A stretch of 64,000 nt of DNA. It comes from Candidatus Thorarchaeota archaeon (GTDB lineage: Archaea; Asgardarchaeota; Thorarchaeia; Thorarchaeales; Thorarchaeaceae). This document shows positions 58,950 through 64,000 of this stretch, in pieces. Numbering within the stretch: the stretch's first letter is position 1; each line of letters opens with the position of its first letter. The position numbers were made by a program, and so were the translations under genes. The notes below the pieces were generated by a model. The model was not told where the DNA came from. It worked only from the letters and a program-made list of their open reading frames with translations, and did not search any database. The stretch lies in contig DXJO01000004.1 of assembly GCA_019057475.1 (NCBI GenBank), forward strand, positions 1-64,000. Reading direction: 5' to 3'.

Positions 58950-60095
58950 TCAGAACTTCGGTAGTTCTTCGTACCTATGACAGAAAATCCAATGGCTTGG
59001 CTCTACTTCCCTGTATTCGGGGATTTGCTCTCTGCAGATGTCCTGAGCGTAATCACAACGTGGGCTAAACGGGCAACCTGGGGGCAGGTTCGTCATGTCC
59101 GGGGGTTTGCCGGGTATGCCTCGGATGCGAAACCCCTTCTCCCGTATCTTCCTGATGGTTTCCATCGAAGGATTGCTCATTATCAAGGCCCTAGTGAATG
59201 GGTGTCCGGGACTCATGAGCACAGTCTTGACGTCACCAAACTCCATTATTCTTCCCGCTGACATCACCGCTACACTATCGCAGGTTTGTGCAATCACACC
59301 TTGGTCGTTGCTTATGATCAAGAAGGCAATCTTCAGTTTATCGCGAACGAGCATGATTGCATCCAAGACTCTGCGTTGCACTCCAACATCAACTGCTGTG
59401 GTTGGCTCGTCTGCAATCATCAGCACTGGGTTTGTAATGATTGCCATCGCTATGAGGATTCTTTGGTCCTCTCCCATGCTGAATTGGCTTGGTTTCAGAT
59501 TCTTTCTGATGTCGGGGTCTGCCAATTCAACCAGGTCCAGCGCTTCCAAGACTAGTCTCGCTACTTCATGCTCCCACAAGATGGAGTCTTCATCATGAGT
59601 CCAGACCGCCTCGGCGATTTGAAGCGAAATCTTGCTGTATGGATTGAGCGACATTGCTGTTCCTTGAGGCACATATGTAATCTCGTTTCCCCGAATCTTG
59701 CGGTACTCCTTCTCATCAAGCGCAACTAGGTCATTGCCTCTGTACCATATGTGACCCTCAACTCCAGGCAACTCAATGTCCATCTCCGCCGATGCAAGGC
59801 CCTTCTTCTTGGCCTTATCTCTCAATGCCCAGAGTTGCTGGTTCTCTTTGTCCCCTGAGGTACTAGCATAATATCGTGACATTCTGTCAAAGATGCCAAG
59901 AATTGAGAGTGCGACAGATGTCTTTCCAGAGCCTGACTCACCAAAAAGCCCAACAGCCTCTCCCTCCTTAATCTCAAATGTAACATCGTTGACAGCTCTC
60001 ACAAGGCCTCTCTTCGACGTGAAGAATGCGCGAAGGTTTTCAACTCTCAGAATGGATTTATCCTTGCTGTCGGACATAGGTGAAGGACTAACCAT
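58950..60095 (-). CDS. Orphan OppD-like ABC ATPase, degenerate
   Basis: GESGSGKT; signature FSMGEDQR; DEPTTAVD; H-loop ISND; CPFSPRC tail. Confidence 0.85.
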   Translation of the reverse strand: MVSPSPMSDSKDKSILRVENLRAFFTSKRGLVRAVNDVTFEIKEGEAVGLFGESGSGKTSVALSILGIFDRMSRYYASTSGDKENQQLWALRDKAKKKGLASAEMDIELPGVEGHIWYRGNDLVALDEKEYRKIRGNEITYVPQGTAMSLNPYSKISLQIAEAVWTHDEDSILWEHEVARLVLEALDLVELADPDIRKNLKPSQFSMGEDQRILIAMAIITNPVLMIADEPTTAVDVGVQRRVLDAIMLVRDKLKIAFLIISNDQGVIAQTCDSVAVMSAGRIMEFGDVKTVLMSPGHPFTRALIMSNPSMETIRKIREKGFRIRGIPGKPPDMTNLPPGCPFSPRCDYAQDICREQIPEYREVEPSHWIFCHRYEELPKF

Positions 60096-60177
60096 CTTCC
60101 CACAAATAGTCTGCGGCTAAGGCATAAGGTCATGACAAGAAGATGATTATAGTGGCTCATACCTTGTGTGCTTAGCG

Positions 60178-60954
60178 ATGGGACGGATACAAGTACGGTA
60201 CACAACAGCTAACGGACGTAAGGAAACTGAGGAGTTTGGCACAAGTGACCACGTCCTTAAACTAAGCTTCAGAAATATCGCTGCAATTGATCTCTCTCCG
60301 TTAGGCCTGTGCAGCGATTTGAAACTGCTTGACCTATCGAACAACGAGCTTGAGTGTCTTGATGTATCTCCATTGAAGCATTGCTTTAACTTGCAGTTTA
60401 TTCGGTGTCAACAGAACCGCCTGGAAGATATAGATCTGTCACCCCTTAGTCAGTGTGTCCGTCTTGAACTGCTGAATTTCTCAGGGAATTTGTTACAATG
60501 CGTTGCATTTCCAGACCTTGGGCATGACTGTAATCTCAAAGAGATATTTCTCTCGAATAACCAACTCGAAGGTATTGACCTCTCACAGTTGAGTCAATGC
60601 TCGCGGCTGAAGTGGCTCAAGATCGCGCATAACCGTCTACCGAATATTGATCTCTCAGCGCTCAGTAACTGTTCCTCTCTGGAGGAGCTTGACCTAAGCG
60701 CGAATAGACTTGAAGAATTGAATGTTGAACCTCTTGGCCTGTGCCCGGCTCTCCGCGAATTGTGGCTTCATGACAACGGGATGCAGAGTCTTGACGTGTC
60801 AGCGCTGTTCGAATGTCCTCAGCTGGCAACACTTCAAACCGAAGCACCAACATCGCAATTTGCACTAACTCTGAGAGCAGATGAGCAGCTAAGTAGCAGG
60901 ACACGCATCCCACCTGCTTTGGAAGACCTTCGAAGCCGAATTCATTGGGTCTAG
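60178..60954 (+). CDS. Leucine-rich repeat protein (22-aa repeats)
   Basis: About 8 repeats of LxxLxLxxNxLxxIDLSPLxxC. Confidence 0.92.
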   Translation: MGRIQVRYTTANGRKETEEFGTSDHVLKLSFRNIAAIDLSPLGLCSDLKLLDLSNNELECLDVSPLKHCFNLQFIRCQQNRLEDIDLSPLSQCVRLELLNFSGNLLQCVAFPDLGHDCNLKEIFLSNNQLEGIDLSQLSQCSRLKWLKIAHNRLPNIDLSALSNCSSLEELDLSANRLEELNVEPLGLCPALRELWLHDNGMQSLDVSALFECPQLATLQTEAPTSQFALTLRADEQLSSRTRIPPALEDLRSRIHWV

Positions 60955-61139
60955 GATTGCTTTCCAACTGTATCCGTTTCAATAGCTCTTTGAGGTAGAT
61001 TGCATACTCCAGACTCTGCTTGAAGAATAGGTGAGAAGAAGGTGCTTCTTGCCTGGCGAAGAGATGGCCGTCACTGGCATCAACCAGAATGGTTAATATC
61101 CGCTAAGTTTCGGTACACTGCTAACCGAGCGATTTCTAC

Positions 61140-62363
61140 ATGAGACCTCTGAACAACACCTCTCTGCCAGTCTACGTCGCCTATGCCCTTCACTCACTTG
61201 GGTTGGCGATATCATGGCAGTTTGTCACGCATTTCATCAAGTGGGAGCTTGATGTGCCATCAGAGTTCCTTCTTACTGTGGCTCTCGCCCTTCCCGCACT
61301 TGTCACAATGCTTTCTGTTAATGTCTGGGGCGCGTTGTCAGACAGGATCAACAAAAGGCGGCCCTTCATGGTGCTTGGTTTCTTCAGCTATGCGACAACC
61401 TTCATGTTCACATCTTTTGTTTCTAGTTACGCGCAATACCTGATTGTGGTTTCTATTGGAGCTGCCTTCTCGTCGGCAGCATTGCCAATGGGACAAGCGT
61501 ATCTCACGGACAGGACATCAAAAAAGGGGGAAACTCTTGGCTACTTCTTGATGGCCCAGTCCGCAGGCTGGTTCTTTGGAGCCCTATTCAGTGGGCTTAT
61601 TTACACTCCGGAAATGATGTTCATCCTCTACAGGGTAGCCGCTCTACTTAGTGGCGGAGCTGCAATTAGTAGCATCTTCTTTGTCAAGGAGCAGCCTTTG
61701 GAACGCCTGAAAGATGAATCTCATACAGGATTCTTAGCCCTGCTGAAACGCCGCGGCATGATTATTTTGGTTATAGCAGCTGCAGTCAGCGCCCTTGGAA
61801 TGCACTCAATCGCTGGACTCATGGCAATTATGATCACGGATGAGCTTGGAGGCCCGTTCGCATACGTGGGATATGCCAATGCTGCAGCAACCCTGATAGC
61901 GGTCCTGATTACGGGCTACGTTGGAAAAATCGTTGACAAACGCGGCCCAGTACAGGTGCTTGTGGTTGCCTATTTCTCCTACATACTGTTCGCAATTGGT
62001 TTCGCTATGGCAACAAGTCCGGAAATTGCTTTAATTCTGTGGGCACTGCCAATCTATCCATTGTCTTCAACCGCCGCATTTGCCTTGGGAGCGCGGATTT
62101 CCGGAGAGCGTGAGCGTGGTCGCGCGATGTCGCTGGTAAATGGTGCGCAGAATCTCGGCATGGTGCTTGGCCCTCTCATCGGGGGATTCTTTGCCGAACT
62201 GATGAATCGGGTTCAACCGGTTTCGTGGGCCAACGTGGCTTTCAATTTTCTCGCTCTCTTCTTGGCACTAGGCCTAGTGCGTCGATTAGGGTGGAGAACT
62301 GAAAGAATCAGCCAGACTGACCAACACTTTGAAATAACGGAGCAGCCTCCTGCAAGCATATGA
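61140..62363 (+). CDS. MFS transporter
   Basis: WGALSDR..RRP and GKIVDKRG; about 12 TM segments. Confidence 0.9.
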   Translation: MRPLNNTSLPVYVAYALHSLGLAISWQFVTHFIKWELDVPSEFLLTVALALPALVTMLSVNVWGALSDRINKRRPFMVLGFFSYATTFMFTSFVSSYAQYLIVVSIGAAFSSAALPMGQAYLTDRTSKKGETLGYFLMAQSAGWFFGALFSGLIYTPEMMFILYRVAALLSGGAAISSIFFVKEQPLERLKDESHTGFLALLKRRGMIILVIAAAVSALGMHSIAGLMAIMITDELGGPFAYVGYANAAATLIAVLITGYVGKIVDKRGPVQVLVVAYFSYILFAIGFAMATSPEIALILWALPIYPLSSTAAFALGARISGERERGRAMSLVNGAQNLGMVLGPLIGGFFAELMNRVQPVSWANVAFNFLALFLALGLVRRLGWRTERISQTDQHFEITEQPPASI

Positions 62364-63196
62364 CTGGTGATTGCACAATCGGAGCCAAGATTGTTGGTGA
62401 CAGATACCTCCTTTTCAAGAATCGAGACCTTGTCTATGAAGATTACAAAGACCAATGCATCTTTGAGGATGACATCTTCGCGGTGATTGGCATTAAGATT
62501 GGTGCGGGTATTGACATGGGCGCGTCTATTGGTGTCAACCGATGGGGTCTTGCTGCCTGCAACTCAACCGTTCTAATTAATTCTGAAGAAGCGTATGACG
62601 TTCTCATGGAGCGCTTGCTACGAAGAGCCAAGACCCTCGATGAGGCCTATGACATCGTGGTGAAATCCCTCGACAGTGGGGAAAGATATCAGTGGGGGAA
62701 TTTTGTAATTGCGACGCCCGATGAGGTTGGAGCAATTGAAATCGGCGATGGCGTGTATGAAATCGAGCGTGGCTCAGATTCGATTGCTCGTACGAATCAT
62801 CATCTCGTCCTCTCAACAAGGGACGCCCTGCTCAGAGCATCGCCTGAGGAGCGCGAAGCTGGAGGGCCTCTCAGCGCGAGTCAGAACAGAAGGCAGATTG
62901 CAGCAAGGATGCTTGAATCCGCAAGGTCCACCCAAGATATAATCGAGATACTCAGTACACACGCCAAGGGAAAGGGCTATGATTCGATATGTCGGCACAG
63001 AACTGGCGTGCGGGGTGAAGACCCGTGGTTGGGTGAAACCTCCTATAGCTATATCATTGAGGTCGAAACGAAGCCGCTTGACTTCCGCATTCATGTTGCA
63101 CCTGGGAACCCTTGCAGTACTACGTACCACGAGGTGCAACTAGACTTCAAAACTTCCAGTGAAGCAAAAGGACAACTAATTCGCGATTTTCCATGA
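62360..63196 (+). CDS. Cys-nucleophile Ntn hydrolase (peptidase C45/C69-like)
   Basis: CT near the N-terminus, KNRD, GVNRWGL, GNFVIA, RTNH and SICRH; ATGA overlap with the MFS gene. Confidence 0.75.
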   Translation: MTGDCTIGAKIVGDRYLLFKNRDLVYEDYKDQCIFEDDIFAVIGIKIGAGIDMGASIGVNRWGLAACNSTVLINSEEAYDVLMERLLRRAKTLDEAYDIVVKSLDSGERYQWGNFVIATPDEVGAIEIGDGVYEIERGSDSIARTNHHLVLSTRDALLRASPEEREAGGPLSASQNRRQIAARMLESARSTQDIIEILSTHAKGKGYDSICRHRTGVRGEDPWLGETSYSYIIEVETKPLDFRIHVAPGNPCSTTYHEVQLDFKTSSEAKGQLIRDFP

Positions 63197-63220
63197 ACAC
63201 GTGGAACAGCTGGTGATCTG

Positions 63221-64000
63221 ATGGACCTCACACGACTTCAACAAGCACTGCAAGGAGTTGCCATAACGACAGCCACTCCTTTTTCTAAAGACCTCCGCTC
63301 AGTAGATCTAGATGCATTGACTGGAAACATGAAGTATCTATTGAGGGCGGACGGGAAGTTACTTGTTCCCTGTGGCAACACCGGAGAGTTCTACGCACTT
63401 ATGTTCGATGAATGGAAGCAGGTGTTGAGAACTACCCTTGATGTTGTTGCTGACAAGATGATAGTGACTGTGGGCATCGGTCACTCCATTGGCACTGCCC
63501 TCGAAATGATCCGGTACGCTGAGACTGAAGGGGCAGATGGAGTAATGGTGATGTACCCTCGGCATGTATTCAGCTCTGAGGAAGGCGTCCTGAACTACTA
63601 TCGAAGAATCATAGATGCGGCAAAGGAAGTTGGCGTAGTCCTGTACAAGAAGGGTCCGCTCTTGACGGATGAAGTCTTGAGTAAGTTACTAGAGAGCGGC
63701 AAAGTCGCAGGCGTGAAGTATGCTTACGGCCGAATAGTCAACTTCGCCAGGACGGTATACACACTTGGAGAAGATGTGATTTGGTCTTGCGGCGTCGCAG
63801 AGAGGTTCGCTCCATTCTATTGGCTCGCAGGCGCAAGAGGCCTCACGACTGGTCTTGGCAACTTTGCACCAAAGGTTTCACTTGGGATGTTCGATGCTCT
63901 GGTCAGGAGTGATTGGACTGAAGCAATGCGTATTCACAAGATGATAACTCCTCTTGAGGACTTGCGTGAGGGGCGAGGTAGTGCAAATAATGTTCCTGTG
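63221..64000 (+). CDS. DapA/KDG-dehydratase-like class I aldolase (3' truncated by window edge; absent from ORF track)
   Basis: Manual translation MDLTRLQQALQGVAITTATPF..GNTGEF..VLYK..GVKYA; GGTGA RBS. Confidence 0.88.
   Translation, partial: MDLTRLQQALQGVAITTATPFSKDLRSVDLDALTGNMKYLLRADGKLLVPCGNTGEFYALMFDEWKQVLRTTLDVVADKMIVTVGIGHSIGTALEMIRYAETEGADGVMVMYPRHVFSSEEGVLNYYRRIIDAAKEVGVVLYKKGPLLTDEVLSKLLESGKVAGVKYAYGRIVNFARTVYTLGEDVIWSCGVAERFAPFYWLAGARGLTTGLGNFAPKVSLGMFDALVRSDWTEAMRIHKMITPLEDLREGRGSANNVPV

Noticed and set aside
1-64000. Selenocysteine (UGA read-through) genes or SECIS elements
   Set aside because: The redox genes are complete with Cys motifs, and I saw no TGA-interrupted homologous continuation; not exhaustively searched

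Overview
Gene-dense archaeal chromosomal segment of roughly 50% GC with about 60 CDSs. I found no rRNA, tRNA, CRISPR array or transposase. Two roadblock proteins, a 7TM-longin-like fusion and an IDLSPL-type LRR protein point to an Asgard archaeon, probably Thorarchaeia (inference, no database search). Main blocks: (1) 0.9-10.9 kb catabolic island with two DUF917 paralogs, a divergent nucleotidyltransferase/metallophosphoesterase pair, hydantoin racemase, MFS, LLM oxidoreductase, and AOR with its 4Fe-4S subunit. (2) 11-37 kb mixed genes including DegT, a C25-like protease, AlkA, dodecin, CPBP proteases, roadblocks, DUF99, GlmS, RimK-like ligase, a coiled-coil protein with a 99-bp tandem repeat, an EamA-Lrp fusion and an ABC-2 exporter. 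(3) FprA plus rubrerythrin. (4) Penicillin acylase, two tandem atypical transcarbamylases and a complete Opp/Dpp transporter. (5) Two orphan OppD-like ATPases flanking a frameshifted 7TM-longin gene, then the LRR gene and an MFS/C45/DapA-like operon. The strongest candidates for undescribed biology are a modular 7TM sensor fused to different outputs, the NTase/phosphoesterase pair in the DUF917 island, the tandem transcarbamylases, the RAM-regulated transporter pair, a His-to-Glu PEP swivel domain and several structured intergenic RNAs. All calls rest on motif recognition by eye.
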